From positions 178,810,001-178,874,000 of the forward strand of contig NC_086097.1 in the NCBI RefSeq assembly GCF_963921235.1: a DNA stretch of 64,000 nt, given 5' to 3'. The stretch is from Mobula hypostoma. Lineage: Eukaryota. Under the pieces are notes generated by a model. The model did not search any database and was not told the DNA's origin. It was given only the letters and a program-made list of their open reading frames with translations. Of this stretch, positions 23,462 through 36,254 are shown one piece after another. Numbering within the stretch: the stretch's first letter is position 1; each line of letters starts with the position of its first letter. A program made the translations under genes and the position numbers.

Positions 23462-24586
23462 CACTTAGTGACTACTTTATTAGGTGCCTCCTGTATCTAA
23501 TGAGTGTATGTTCACAGTCTCCTGCTGCTCTACTCCATCCACTTCAAGATTCGACATGTTGTTCTGCGCACCACCATTGTAACACATGATTAACTGAACT
23601 ACTGTTGCCTTCCAGTCAACGTCTGGCCATTCTCCTCCAATCTCTCTCATTAACAAGGTGTTTTCACCCACGGAACTGGTGCTTACTGGATGTTTTTTTG
23701 TTTTACACACCGTTCTCTGTAAACTCTAGAGACTGTTGTGCATGAAAATCCCAGATAAGCATTTTCTAAGATTCTCAAACCACCCCATCTGTCACCAACA
23801 ATCATTTCATGATCAGACTCAATTAGGTCACATTTCTTTCCCATTGTGATGTTTGGCCTGAACATCCTGACCTTGTCTGCATGTTTTTCTGCTTTGAGTT
23901 GCTGCCACATGATTGGCTGATTAGATATTTGCATTAATGAACAGGTCAGTGTAAAATTTACTATCGGAGCACATACATCTCACCACATACAACCCTGAGA
24001 TTCTTTTCCTGTGGCATACTTAGCAAATCTATAGAACAGTAACTGTAAGCAGGATCAATGGATAACAAGCTGCAAATGCAGATAATAAATAAATAGCAAT
24101 AAATAACGAGCATGAAGCAACAAGATAAAAGAGTCCTTAAATGAATGTAGTTATCCCCTTTTGTTCAAGAGCCTGATGATTGAGAAGGAGTAACTGTTTT
24201 TGAACCTGGTGGTGCATGTCCTGAGACACTTATACTCTCTACCTGATGGCAGCAGCAAGAAAAGGACATGACCTAGGTGGCAAGGATCTTTGATGATGGA
24301 TGCTGTTTTCCTATGGCAACATTTCATGTAGATGTGCTCAATGGTTGGGTCCCACCCATGATGTACTGGGCCGAATCCGTCACCTTTTGTAGGGTTTTCC
24401 GCTCAAAGGCATTGTCGTTCCCATACCAAATTATAATGCAGCCAGTCAACGTACTTTCCACCACACATCTATAGAAGTTTGCCAAGGTTTTTGATGACAT
24501 GCCAAATCTCCACAGACTCCTGAGGAAGCCTTGCCCTCCTCACAATTATATGATGTGCAGGTGTACCCAATAAAGTGGCCACTGTG
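23462..24586 (-). mobile_element. Tc1-like DNA transposon, internally deleted, with a nested Rex-like fragment (~23948-24550)
   Basis: TIRs cacttagtgactactttattaggtg / caggtgtacccaataaagtggccactgtg; TA flanks at 23460-61 and 24587-88; ORF 23683..23934 encodes a transposase N-terminus (MGKKCDL...MIVG...GFSCTTVSRVYRE). Confidence 0.85.
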
Positions 24587-26249
24587 TACAAATGCATGTT
24601 GTTGTTCAGTGAGTTGTGAAAGTGGGGCAGTGGGTGTGTTGTGATAGATGGCACATGTTATTGTGATTTCAGATACTGTAAATGCAACAATGAGACTGCC
24701 TGGTGTCCCTTTGCATCATCGGATCATGCAATGAGATTGGTACCCTTTGACCCATTGTTCCAGTGCCAGCTCACTGAAAAGGCTTTCCAATTGGCCCAAT
24801 GCTCTGCACTCTTTCTCTACACCTCTACAGTTTATTTCCACTTCCGCATTTTGGATATTCCAAAGTGTTCATGTTGAATGTGCCCTTTCACAGAATCATA
24901 GATTCATACAGCACAGAGAATAGCCCTTCAGCTCAAGTGATCCATGCCAGCCAAGATGCTCATCTGAGCTAGTCCCATTAGACCCAAATCTTCTTTAAAG
25001 ATGAAGATCATATTTATATCTCACATGTACATTGAAACATACAGTGAAATGTGCCATTTGCGTATATCTCTCTAAACCTTCAAAACCATGTGCTTGTCCA
25101 AATGCCTTTTAAGTGTTATAATTGTATCTGCCTCAGTCACTTCCTCTGACAGCTCTTTCCACAAACAAGTTTTGCTCCTCAACTTCCTATTAAACTGCTG
25201 CCCTCACACCTTAAACCTATGCCCTCTAGTTCTTGATTGAAGGACTAGAGTCACAGAACACGACAGCACAGAAATGGGCCCCTCAGCTCCTGCTAAACTA
25301 TTAATCTGCTTAGAATTCACATTATTTATTTTGATACATTTTTACTCAGTGTGCAAGAAGATAACTCTGATCTCCCTGCTCAAGTTCTTATTTCAATTAC
25401 CTTGAATCTGTGCCCTTGTTATATTCTAGACTGCCATTTGTATCCTTAGTAATTTCCAAGAACAGTATCTCCATTACTGTGTCACATATTGATTATGCTG
25501 GCGACGTTACTGTGGCAGCGAGAAATGCAGACAGAGTCCGTAGAGAGGAAGCTGGTTTCCGTGAAATGCTGAGCTGTGTCCACGACTCGCTGCAGTTTCT
25601 AGTAGTCTCAGGCCGAGGAATTCTCATACCAAGCTGTGATACATAGGGACAGGATGCTTTCTCGGGCATCAATAAAAATTTGGTGAGGATCAGCGGGAAT
25701 GTGCGGAATCTCCTAGTCTTCTGAGGAAGTAGAGGCACTGGTGAGCTTTTTTGGTTGTAGCATCCATATTGTTGGACTACATCTGGATATTGGTGATAAT
25801 CACTTGCCTCCATCGATACAGACCATTGATACGTGTACTCTGTCCTGTTTCCTGAGGTCAGCCACCTGCTCCTTTGGGTACATAATCAAGGACCCTTTCC
25901 TCCCGTTGCACAGAAGATGCAAAAGTCATCAGACTCAAAATGGTCCCCAGTGTTCAACGAGATGGACTCTTGACCTCTCAATCTACCTTCTCAAACTCTC
26001 TCCATAACAAAGTCCTTTGAGTCCTGATAACATCCTTGTAAATCTTCTCTGTACTCTTTCTAGATTAATGGCATCTTTCCTTTAGTTGGGTGACCAAAAC
26101 TGAAAATAATACTCCAAATACAGCCTTACCAACATCTTGTACAACTGTAATGTTGTATTGGGGTCAGATATAGAAAGGATTTGAGATGTGAAGAATGATT
26201 GATTCCTGACAGGATATTCTAATGAGGAATGGTTGAGCACATTGGGGCT

Positions 26250-27170
26250 AAATTCAAAGTTCTAAGTAGTTTCATTATCAAACTATGAATATGTTATCAT
26301 ATAAAATCTTGGATTCTCTTTCTTGCAGGCATTTACAGGAAAAAAGAAATGCAATAGAATTTTACAAAATTAATGGCCATAGAAAAATGTACAAAATCTG
26401 ACAAACAACCAATGTACAAAAGAAGATAAACTGTAAAAAGTAATATTGAGGACATGAGGTGCAAAGAGTCATTGAATTCAGAGTAATAGTGATTGAAGCT
26501 ATCCACGGAGGTTGAAGAGCCTAATGGTTGTAGGGTAATAACTTTTCCTGAAACTAGTGGTGTGGGACCTAAGACTTCTGTACCTCCTGCCTAATGATAA
26601 TTGCAAGAAGAGGGTATGACCTGGATTGGGGGTGGGGAGTTGGTAGGTCTTTGATGATGGATGCTGCTTTCTTCTGGCAGCACTCCATGTAAATTTACTC
26701 ATTAGTGGGAAGGATTTTGCCTACGATGAACTGGGCTGTGTCAGCCACTTTCTGTAGCCTTTTCCATTCCTGGGTAGTAGTGGTTTCATACCAGGCCCAT
26801 TAGGATACTCTGCACTGTGCCTCTATAGAGGATTGTCAAAGTTTTAGTGGCGTGTCGAATCCACGCAAACTTCTCAGAAAGTTGAGGCGCTGTCTTCTTT
26901 GTGCTGGTACTTATATGCAGGTACCAGGACAGATCTTCTGATATATTAACATCAAAGTATTTAAAACTATTGACCCTATCCACCGCTATTCCCCTAATGA
27001 GGACTGGCTCTTGACCTCAGGTTTCTTCCTCCTGTTGTAGACAATCAGCTGTTTGCTTTTGCTGATGTTGAGTGAGAGGTTGTTCTCTCAGCCAGATTCC
27101 CAGTCTCCCTCCTATATGCCAATTCGTCAGCACCTTTGATCCAGTCATAACAGTGGTGCTGTCATCAAAT
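26250..27170 (-). mobile_element. Rex1/Babar-like LINE RT/3' fragment
   Basis: ORFs 26786..26983 (VNSFKYF-VNISEDLSW) and 26499..26702 (GRRYRSLRSHTTSFR). Confidence 0.8.
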
Positions 27171-28504
27171 TTAGAGTGGAGGTTAGATAACTGAGAAATA
27201 CATTTATTAAGACAGGAGATTCAAAGGGAACAGCAGCCAAGGATGTTTCTTCTTGTGGTAGCATCTAGAACAAGGGTCATGGATTCAGGATGAGTGACTG
27301 CCCATTTTAGATGAAGAGTAGGAAGAAACTTCTCTCTCAATGGATGGTAATCTTGGGTGTCCTCTTGTAAAAAAAAATTATAAAAGCTGCAAGTGTCAGA
27401 AACTGAAGCAAGAATAAGGAATGGAAGAAGTCGATGACCTTCAGTCAGTCTAAGTCCTGAGCTGTTGTAGGGCCCTCAACCTGATACATTAACTTGGTTT
27501 CTCTCTACAATGCTGCCTGACTTTCTGAGTGTTTCCAGCATTTTATATTTTATTCTGGCATTCTCTGCCCCTGAGAGAGTGGGAGTACAATCACTGCATT
27601 GGAGATTGGGGATAGATGGATTTGTTGGAATTGCAAGCAGGGAGGTCAGCAGTTGTGGAGAAAAGACAGGGAAGGGGAGCTGAGGTCAATATCAGATTAA
27701 GCAAATTATAAACTGCACTGAAAGGTTGAATGATCAAATCCTGCTCCCAGTATTTATGATATTGTAATAATGACAGTAGAAAAGTCATGGCCCACAAATA
27801 GTTAATGCACTTTAATTTTCAAATTTAGTAAGTTTTTGCGGTTGAAATCCCTTGGATTTTTCAAAGAGATGGCTATTTGTAAATCAGATCCGTCTTTTCT
27901 CGTCCTGTTATTGATTGCATAATATATCTCCACAGCTCTAACTGCAGTGATATTGATTTTCCTTTAACCAATGTTGTCTTTGCACTTTGTACATTCTGCC
28001 ATTGGGTTCTTACATATTTTCATGGTTAGAATACAGAGTACTGGGCTCTGAGTCTTACAGAACCATCAGCAAGACCTCCCAGTGACTGAGGATAAAAGCC
28101 ATGGTGTGTTCAATGGGTTTCATTTGCTACATGCAGAATTAAGTCCCCAAAACTGGGCAGTTTCCTCTCCTTCCAGGCTAGAGCTAGCAAACTTCTGTTG
28201 AGTTTAATTTTAGATACAATTGATTGAAGCACTATGCACAGTTCTGGCCTCTGTACTACAAACAGAATAGAGAATCCCAGGAGAAGAGGCAAAAGGGATT
28301 TGCAAGTTGCAATCATATCTCAAGATATTGTGGTTATCGCTGAAAATTGAACAGGCACAAATGCTTTCCCCCAGATCAAGAGGAGATCTGACAGCATATG
28401 TTAAAATTATGACAGTATTTGATCCGTGGATAGCTGAGGGTCAGGTCTCAACCTCAATTGTGTGTGCCAGCCTTACAATGTTCATTGCTTCCCATTGAAT
28501 TTGG

Positions 28505-28562
28505 GTAGCATCCCATCCAATAAAGTGGAACCTCTGACAGTGCAGCACCTCCTCAGTACCTG
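28505..28562 (-). mobile_element. Deu-domain SINE-like remnant
   Basis: Reverse complement gtactgaggaggtgctgcactgtcagaggttccactttattggatg resembles my recollection of the Deu/SacSINE1 core GTACTGAGGGAGTGCTGCACTGTCGGAGGTGCCGTCTTTCGGATG. Confidence 0.5.
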
Positions 28563-28589
28563 GTCTCTGGTGCTTATGCAACTGCATGC

Positions 28590-29525
28590 TTATAGCGCGC
28601 TTGTCTTTATTTGTCAAGACACTGAGTTAACCAGTCGCACAATTATGCTGCGGCTTTATAAACCTCTGGTTAGGCTGCACTGAAGTATGGACGGTTCTGG
28701 TCACCCTGTTATATGAAGGACGTGGAGGCTATGGAGAGCGTGCAGAGGGGGTTCACTAATTGCTGTCTGGATTAGAGGACATATGCTATACAGAAAGGGT
28801 GGACAAATTTGGGGTTTTTTCTCTGGTGTGGTGAAAGCTGATGGGAGACCTGATAGAAGTTTGTCAGATAGTGATTATGCTAATATCATTTTCCCATGGT
28901 CAAAATGTCTAATACTAGATGCCATGCATTTAAACTGAGGGTGGTCAGTTCGAAGGAGATGTGTGTGAGCAAGTTTTACACAGAGTTGGCTTGCCTGAAA
29001 TGTTCTATCTGGAGTGTTGGTGGAGGCAAATACATCAGAAGCATTTAAGAGACTCTTGGATAGAAATATGAATTTGCAGAAAGTTAGTTTGGATTGACAT
29101 CTAGTCACGAATATAATACTATACCATGGGAAGCAGGGTGGCATAGCAGTTAGCATAATGATATCACAGCTCCAGCCACCCAAGTTTACTTCAGCAGCTG
29201 TCAGTAAAGAGCTTGTACATTCTTCCCATTACTGCATGGGTTTCCTCCCACATTCCAGACCTACCAGTTAGGGTTAGTAAGTTGTGGGCATACCTATGTT
29301 GGCACTGGAGACATAGCAACTCTTGTGGGCTGCCCCCGGCACATCCTTGGACTGTGCTAGTCGTTGATGCCAATGATGCATTTCATTATATATTTTGATA
29401 TTTCAATGTACATGTGACAAATAAAACTAACCTTCTTCTAAACATTCTTTAAAAATTCTCATTAGTTCAGCACAACTTTGTGGGCAAAGAACCTGTTCCC
29501 GTGCTGTACTGTTCTATGTTCTATA
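28590..29525 (+). mobile_element. CR1 3' fragment with nested V-SINE-like element (~29133-29435)
   Basis: LRLYKPLVRLH, ggagacctgatagaagt and a (TTCTATG) tail; SINE head ggtggcatagcagttagc. Confidence 0.75.
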
Positions 29526-29979
29526 TGCCCACTGCTTTCTCACAGAATATAGAACCGTGTGACACAGTAACAGGCTATTCAGCCCATGATGTCTGTACTG
29601 ACATGTTGCCAAATTAAACTAAACCAATCCGCCTACACATATCCTTCCACTTTCCACCTGTCGATGTCTAAATGCCTCTTAAATGTCACTGCTGTGTCAG
29701 CCTCCGCCACTTCCTCTGGCAGGACATTCCAACCGCCCGCCAACTTCTGTATCACAAACTTATCCCATAAATCTCCTTTAATCTTGAAACTATACCTCAA
29801 GTATTTGTCATTTCTACCCTAAGAAAAAGACTCTATCTCCCATATCAGTGCCTCAATTAGGTCTCCCTCACCTTCCAACACTTAAGACAAAACAATGTAA
29901 GTTAGCCTAATTTCTCCGTATAGCCTCTATGCTGTAGTGCAGACAGCATCTTGGTCCACCTTACAGGTGATCCTATGAT

Positions 29980-30575
29980 AGATTGGCAAATTAATTTATT
30001 ATTGTGACATGTAAAGAGTTGCAGTGGAAATGCCAGCCAGACAGAGCTTTTCATTAAAGCAGTGCATTGATGTTTTACAAGTGAAAAGCAATAAATGTAT
30101 GCCAAATAAGGTGTTACAGATCAGATAATTACATAGTGCAGGAAGACAATAAGGTGCAAGCCCACGGGGAGGTAGATTGTGAAATCAAGAGGTCATTGTA
30201 TCGTACTATTCAATAGTCTTACAGCAGTGGGATAGAAGCTGTCCTTGAACCTGGTGGTGTTTCAGGCTTTTGCTACTTTGGCCTGATGGGAGGGACTGAG
30301 AAGAAAGAATGTCTGGAGTAGCTGGTGTTTTTGATTCTGTTGGCTGCTTTACTGAGGCACTGAGAAGTGTAGACAGACAGAGTCGATGGAATGGAATCTG
30401 GTTTCCATGATGTGCTGAGCCGGGTCCACAAATCTCTGCAGTCCTGGGCAGAGCAGTTGCCATATCAAGCCGTGATGCATCTATGAAGTGTTCTGTGGTG
30501 CATTGATTAAATTTGGTGAGGGTCAAAGGGTCATGCCAAATTTCCTTAGCCTCATGACAAAGTAAAGGCACTTCA
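29980..30575 (-). mobile_element. Rex1/Babar-like LINE 3' fragment
   Basis: ORF 30206..30571 (LTKFNQCT...LPSGQ) and the shared 3' UTR. Confidence 0.72.
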
Positions 30576-30879
30576 GCACAGATGGCAACAATTCACTTTC
30601 AGCCTGTCCCTATCTGGAATGCTCTGTTTTCTGGACTGTTTCCAGTCCACGAACAGTTAATTGAAGGTCTCAGCAGTACTGGTGTGAAACAGGATGAAGG
30701 CAAGGGGTAAATTGTGAGTTTCTACAGTGTTCGTTCTATGGATTCACACTCACCATGACAGCTTGGCTTGTCATCTGTAATAAATCCCTCCAGCCCTTTT
30801 TCTGCATCTTAATGCTGGGACCAAAGCAACTTTGAAATACTATTGCTTTATTTTAAAATCATTTTCCAGGGCGTGGGCA

Positions 30880-31208
30880 TGCCTCCTTCTCCCAGCTGCC
30901 ACTAGGCAGGAGGTGCAGAAGCCTGAAGTCCCACACAACCAGGTTCAAGAACGGCTACTTCCCTTCAACCATTTGGTTCTTGAACCAACCAGCAAAATCT
31001 AATCAGTACAGTTTCTCAACACAATGACCACTTTGCACTACAATGGACTTTTTTTCTTCTAATTGTGTTCTTTCTTGTATAATTTATACTTATTTATGTT
31101 TTTACTTCTGGGATGTTATGACTGATACAATGTGCCTGTGATAGCACTGCATGTAGGTTTTTCATTGCGTGCGCATATCACCACAAACTCGACTTTGACT
31201 ATGACTTT
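30880..31208 (+). mobile_element. Rex1/Babar-like LINE 3' end with (GACTTT)-type tail
   Basis: ggcaggaggtgcagaagcctgaagtcccacacaaccaggttcaagaac...aaactcgactttgactatgacttt. Confidence 0.75.
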
Positions 31209-34197
31209 TCTTTCAATTTTTTAAATTAATTTATATATAAGAATACAGAGTACAGGAAAAAATATATGTCAATACATTAAGCTAAATCGCATATAAAGAC
31301 TCCTTACCCTATATTCATACAAGTCAATTAGTTCGTAACATTGAAAAATAATAATTTTATTATATTAAAAAAATCTAACCCATTGTTAGTCATCATCTGT
31401 CGTTTAAGAGCAAATCAAAGGTTTTTAAAATAATTCAGAAAAGGTCCCCACAATGTTTGAAAGTCTTGATTAGATTCAAAGATTGAACATCGAATCTCCT
31501 CTAAATTTAAACATGACATGACATCACATCACGTAACCATTGAGCGTGAATAGGAGGGGCCACATCTTTCCATTTAAGCAAAAGTGTCCTTCTGGCTATA
31601 AGAGACATAAAAGCCAAAATGTGCAAATCAGATGGCTCCAAAATAATATCCCTTCCTCCAACAATACCAATGTGTGGGCACGTGGCCAAGTGATTAAGGC
31701 ATTGGACTAGCGATCTGAAGGTCGTGAGTTCGAGCCCCGGCCGAGGCAACGTGTTGTGTCTTTGAGCAAGGCACTTAATCACACGTTGCTCTGCGATGAC
31801 ACTGGTGCCAAGCTGTATGGGTCCTAATGCCCTTCCCTTGGATAACATTGGTGTCATGGAAAGGGGAGACTTGCAGCATGGGCAACTGCCTGTCTTCCAT
31901 ACAACCTTGCCCAGGCCTGCGGCCCGGAATGTGAAGACTAACGGATGCCTTATTATTTTAAAAAAAAATTTTTTAACAATACCAAATAAAGCAGTCATAG
32001 GATTAGGCTTGAAATTTACTTTAAAAAGTAATGAAAAGGTTTGAAATACTTCTTTCCAATATTTTCCAAGACTCGGACATGTCCAAAACACATGAATGAG
32101 TGAAGCTTCTCCATTATTACATTTATTACAATACGGAGATATATCTAAATAAAAATGAGACAACTTATCCTTAGGCATATGGGCCCTATGGACCACTTTA
32201 AATTGTAGGAGTGAGTGGCGGGCACATAACGACGAAGTGTTGACCAATTTAAAAATTTGATTCCAAGTTTCCTCAGAAATTGAAGTCTGTAAATCTTGTT
32301 CCCAAAGATTTTTAATTTTATTAAAAGGAACACTTCTCATTCCCAACAGCATATTATAAATATTAGATATAGATCCATTATAAAAAGGTTTCAGATTAAA
32401 AATTACATCTAGTATTCTTATCAGGACTTTTAGGAAATGTACTTATTTGAGACCGTAAAAAATCTCTTATTTGTAGATACTGAAAAAAATGAGTTTTGGG
32501 TAAACTATATTTAGTTAATAATTGTTCAAACAAAAAAAGACTTCCCTCTACAAACAAGTCCTAAAAGCATTTAATACCTAATCTATCCCATTCTTTAAAA
32601 GCCAGATCAATCATAAAGGGTTTAAAAAAATAATTAGAAAAAATGGGACTCAAAAGAGAAAATCTCAATAAGCCAAAATATTTTTGGAATTGTATCCAAA
32701 TCCTCATAGTGTGTTTAACTACCAGATTATCGGTTAACTTACTCAAAGATAAAGGAAGTAAGGATCCAAGAAGAGAAATAATTGAGAATTTATTAACAGA
32801 ATTAGCTTCTAAGAAGACCCACATCGGGCAATCCTCACAATTTATATAATATAACCAAAATGTAAGATTTCTTATATTAACTGCCCAATAATAAAATCTA
32901 AAATTTGGTAAGGCTAATCCTCCATTCTTCTTATCTTTCTGAAGATGAATTTTATTTAATCTAGAACGCTTATTCTTCCATATATAAGAAGATACAATAG
33001 AGTCAAGAGAATCAAAAAAGGATTTAGAAATGAAAACCGGCAATGCCTAAAAAAGGTATATAAACTTAGGTAATATATTCATTTTGATAGAGTTAATTCG
33101 ACCAATTAACAATAACGAAAGAGGCAACCAATTTAATAGTATTCTTTTTACATGGTTCAATAGAGTAAGAAAATTTTCTTTAAATAGATACTTATAATTT
33201 TTAGTAATTGTTATACCTAAATAAGTAAATTGATTTCTTACAATTTTAAAAGGAAAGTTAGAATTTGTTGGTATCAAATTGTTCAAAGGGAAAAGTTCAC
33301 TTTTATGTAGGTTTAATTTATAACCTGAAAACTGGCTAAAACAGGAGAGTAAAGAAAGCACATGGGGTAATGAAGTCTCAATATTAGAAATAAATAGCAG
33401 CAAATCATCAGCATACAACGAGACGTGAATAGTGTCTCTCCTTAAAATACCAGTGATATCATTAGATTCTCGAAAAGCAATGGCTAAGGGTTCTAAGGCC
33501 AGATCAAGAAGCAAAGGGCTCAACGGACAGCCTTTTCTAGTGCCACGTTGAAGCTTAAATGGTTTGGAGTTATGAAAGTTCATGATAATCCTAGCAGAAG
33601 GAGCTAAATAAAGTAATTTAATCCATTGAATGAAAACAGGTCCAAAATTAAATTTTTCTAAAGTTTTATATAAATAATTCCATTCAAGTCTGTCAAAAGC
33701 TTTCTCAACATCTAAGGATACCACACATTCCGATAGTATGTTAGAAGGAGAATAAATAACATTTAATAACCAGTGAATATTAAAGTGAGAATATCGATTT
33801 TTGATGAATCCGGTTTAGTTATCAGAAATGACAGATAGTAAAATATTTTCAATCCTATGGGCCAGAACTTTAGATAAGATCTTAGCGTCAACATTAAATA
33901 AAGAAATTGGTCTATAAGAAGAGCATTCAGTTGGATCCTTATTCCTTTTAAGATTGAGCGAAATGGAAGCCTCATGAAAAGACTGAGGGAGTCTCCCTGA
34001 CTTAAATGAATCCAAAAAAACTGAACATAAATGAGGTATAAGCAACGAGGAAAAGGTCTTATAAAATTCTCCAGAAAATCCACCTGGACCCCGAGCTTTC
34101 CTCAAACATAATGAGCGCACAGCCTCAACAATTTCCTCAAAAGAAATAGGTTGTTCCAACAATTTTCTGTTGTCGGCAGAAATTGTAGGAATATTTA
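31209..34197 (-). mobile_element. L1-clade LINE, 5'-truncated ORF2 (RT plus C-terminal Cys-rich domain), frameshifted
   Basis: ORFs contain YRPISLFNVDAKILSK, SLDVEKAFDRLEW, RGTRKGCPLSPLL, LYADD, GGLALPNFRFYYWA and CNKC...HVFWTC; A-rich 3' end; 13-bp TSD tgactatgacttt at 31196-31208 and 34198-34210. Confidence 0.95.
31671..31974 (+). mobile_element. Young tRNA-derived CORE-type SINE nested in L1
   Basis: A box tggccaagtg, B box gttcgagcc, CORE-like tgtgtctttgagcaaggcacttaa, A/T-rich tail; 11-bp TSD aacaataccaa at 31660-31670 and 31975-31985. Confidence 0.88.
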
Positions 34198-34289
34198 TGA
34201 CTATGACTTTGCCTAATGCAGCTTTGTTTATTACCCATCCATAAATTTTCTTCAAGATAATTGGGATGACCTATCTTCTTGAACTGTTG

Positions 34290-34470
34290 CTCTCAGTGTG
34301 TGCCATAGCTCCAGAAACCAAGCTTTGATCCTGGCCTCTGGTACCCGGTGGAGTTTGCACATTCTCTCTGTGCCCACAGGGGTTTCCCTCAGGTGCTCCA
34401 GTTTCCTGCCACATCCCAGAGATTTGCGGGTTTGTGGTTAATTGGCTGCTGTAAATTGCCCCTAGTGTAT
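34290..34470 (+). mobile_element. V-SINE (HE1-like) fragment
   Basis: gtggagtttgcacattctc...ggtttccctcaggtgctccagtttcctgccaca. Confidence 0.75.
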
Positions 34471-34839
34471 CGCAGCATCACAGACATCACTGTGGATGAT
34501 GCCAAGATTAAGGGCATATTGGACAACGAGGAAGGCTATCAAAACTTGCAGTGGTATCTGAACCAGCTGGAATAAAGGGCTGAGCAATGGCAGATGGAAT
34601 TTAATGCAGACAAGAGTGACGTGTTGCACTTGGGAGGACAAACCAGGGTAAGACTTAGACAGTAACAGTCAGATATTGAGGAGTGCGGTAGATCTGAGGG
34701 ATCTGAGAAAGCATAATTCCTTGAAGGTGCTGTCACAGTTAGAGCTTTCGTACAATGCCTTCATGAATCAAAGCACTGAGGCCAAATTTAGAGTATGATA
34801 TGCAGTTCTTCAGGTGTGTTCACAGCGGCCTAGTCGAAT

Positions 34840-36240
34840 CGACAGGGGAGGCTACACGCAGGTTGAGGTGAGAGATTTAAAAAGGACTTTTCCAGGCTTT
34901 CAGCTTTTTCCAGCAGCCCAGTTGAATTGTGATTCATTAGCAAGGGCGAGTAAAAATAAGGTAGGGACAAGCAGAGTGAACATTGTTGGAGCATTCATTG
35001 TGTGAGCAGATCAGTGTTAGAGTGGGGTGGTTTTAGCTCAACAGGCTTGGGCGATGTGAGTTTCTGGCAAGTTTCTTCTCCACTCTTTGCCTGTTAGTGC
35101 AGTGAAAATGGCTCCAAGGGCTGTGTGGTGTTCCTTGCATGAGATACGGGAACTCTGAGAGATCTCCAGCCTCTCGGATTGCCAATCTGGACCAGATGCA
35201 CCAAGCTGCGCTCCTCAGAGAACAAGTTCGGGAACTGGAGCTGCAGCTCGATGACCTTCAGCTCATACGGAAAACTGAGGAGATGATGGAGAAGATCAAC
35301 GGAAGGGTAGTCACCCCTAAGATCCAGGAGGCAGGTACCTGGGTGATTGTCAGGAGAGGGAAAGGAAATGAGCAGCAAATGCAGAATAACCCCGTGGCCA
35401 TTCCCCTCAATAATAAGTACAGTATACCACTTTGGATACTGTTGAGGGGGATGACCTACCGGGAGGAACCGCAGCGACCAAGTCTCTGGAACTCTGGCAC
35501 TGTGGCTCACAAGGGAAGGGGAAGAAGAGGTGTGCAGTAGTGATAGGTAATTCCATAGCTGGGTAGTAGACGCCAGATTCTGTGGATATGAAAGAGACAC
35601 CCAGATGGTATGTTACCTCCCAGGTGCCAGGGTCAAGGTCATCTCAGATCGGGACCACGGCATTCCAATGGGGGGGAGGATGAGCAGCCAGAAGTCTTGG
35701 TACATATTGGCACCAATGACATAGGTAGGCAAAGGGAGGAGGTCCTGAATAGAGAATTTTCAGAGTTAGGTAGAAAGCTGAAAAGTGGGAACTCCAAGGT
35801 AGTAATCTCTGTATTGTTTCCTGTGCTGTGCGCTTGAGAGCTTGATTTGGCAGATTAATGCTTTGCTGAGGAACTGGTGCAGGGGGTAGGTCTTAGATTC
35901 CTGGATCATTGGGATCTCTTCTGGGGAAGGTAAGACCAGTACAAAAGGGACAAATTACACTTGGGCCTGAGGGGAACCAATATCCTTGCGGGCAGGTTTG
36001 CTAGAGACCCACCTCTTGTTTTATTTTGCACTACCTTACTTTTCCTTTTCTATTTTCTATTTATGATTTATAATTTATATTTTTAACATTTACTATTGAT
36101 TTGTACTCCAGGGAGCGCGAAGCGCAGATTCAAATATTGCTGTGAAGATTGTACACTCTAGTATCAATTGTTTGGCGACAATAAAGTAGAGCTGTTGGGG
36201 AGGGTTTGAACTAAATTACAGGGGCATGAGAACTGGAGCA
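34840..36240 (+). mobile_element. CR1 LINE 5' region with degenerate ORF1 (coiled coil plus SGNH esterase)
   Basis: ORF 35139..35540 (LREQVRELELQLDDLQLIR...WVIVRRGKG...PLNNKYS) and ORF 35610..35837 (VLVHIGTNDIG); ~180-bp LINE-tail insertion at 36007-36186 flanked by tagag. Confidence 0.85.
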
Positions 36241-36254
36241 ATAGGACTGATTGA

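Noticed and set aside
24641..24877. Peptide FDPLFQCQLTEKAF faintly resembling the next ZNF521 exon (recalled as FDSPAKLQCHLIEHSF)
   Set aside because: Wrong spacing, both His ligands missing and no matching CxxC or following finger; judged chance. I found no downstream exon by eye, but tBLASTn should confirm
31671..31750. tRNA-like A/B boxes
   Set aside because: Continues into a CORE-like body and tail with a TSD, so it is a SINE head rather than a tRNA gene
35139..35837. Host esterase or coiled-coil gene
   Set aside because: Frameshifted CR1 ORF1 in TE context
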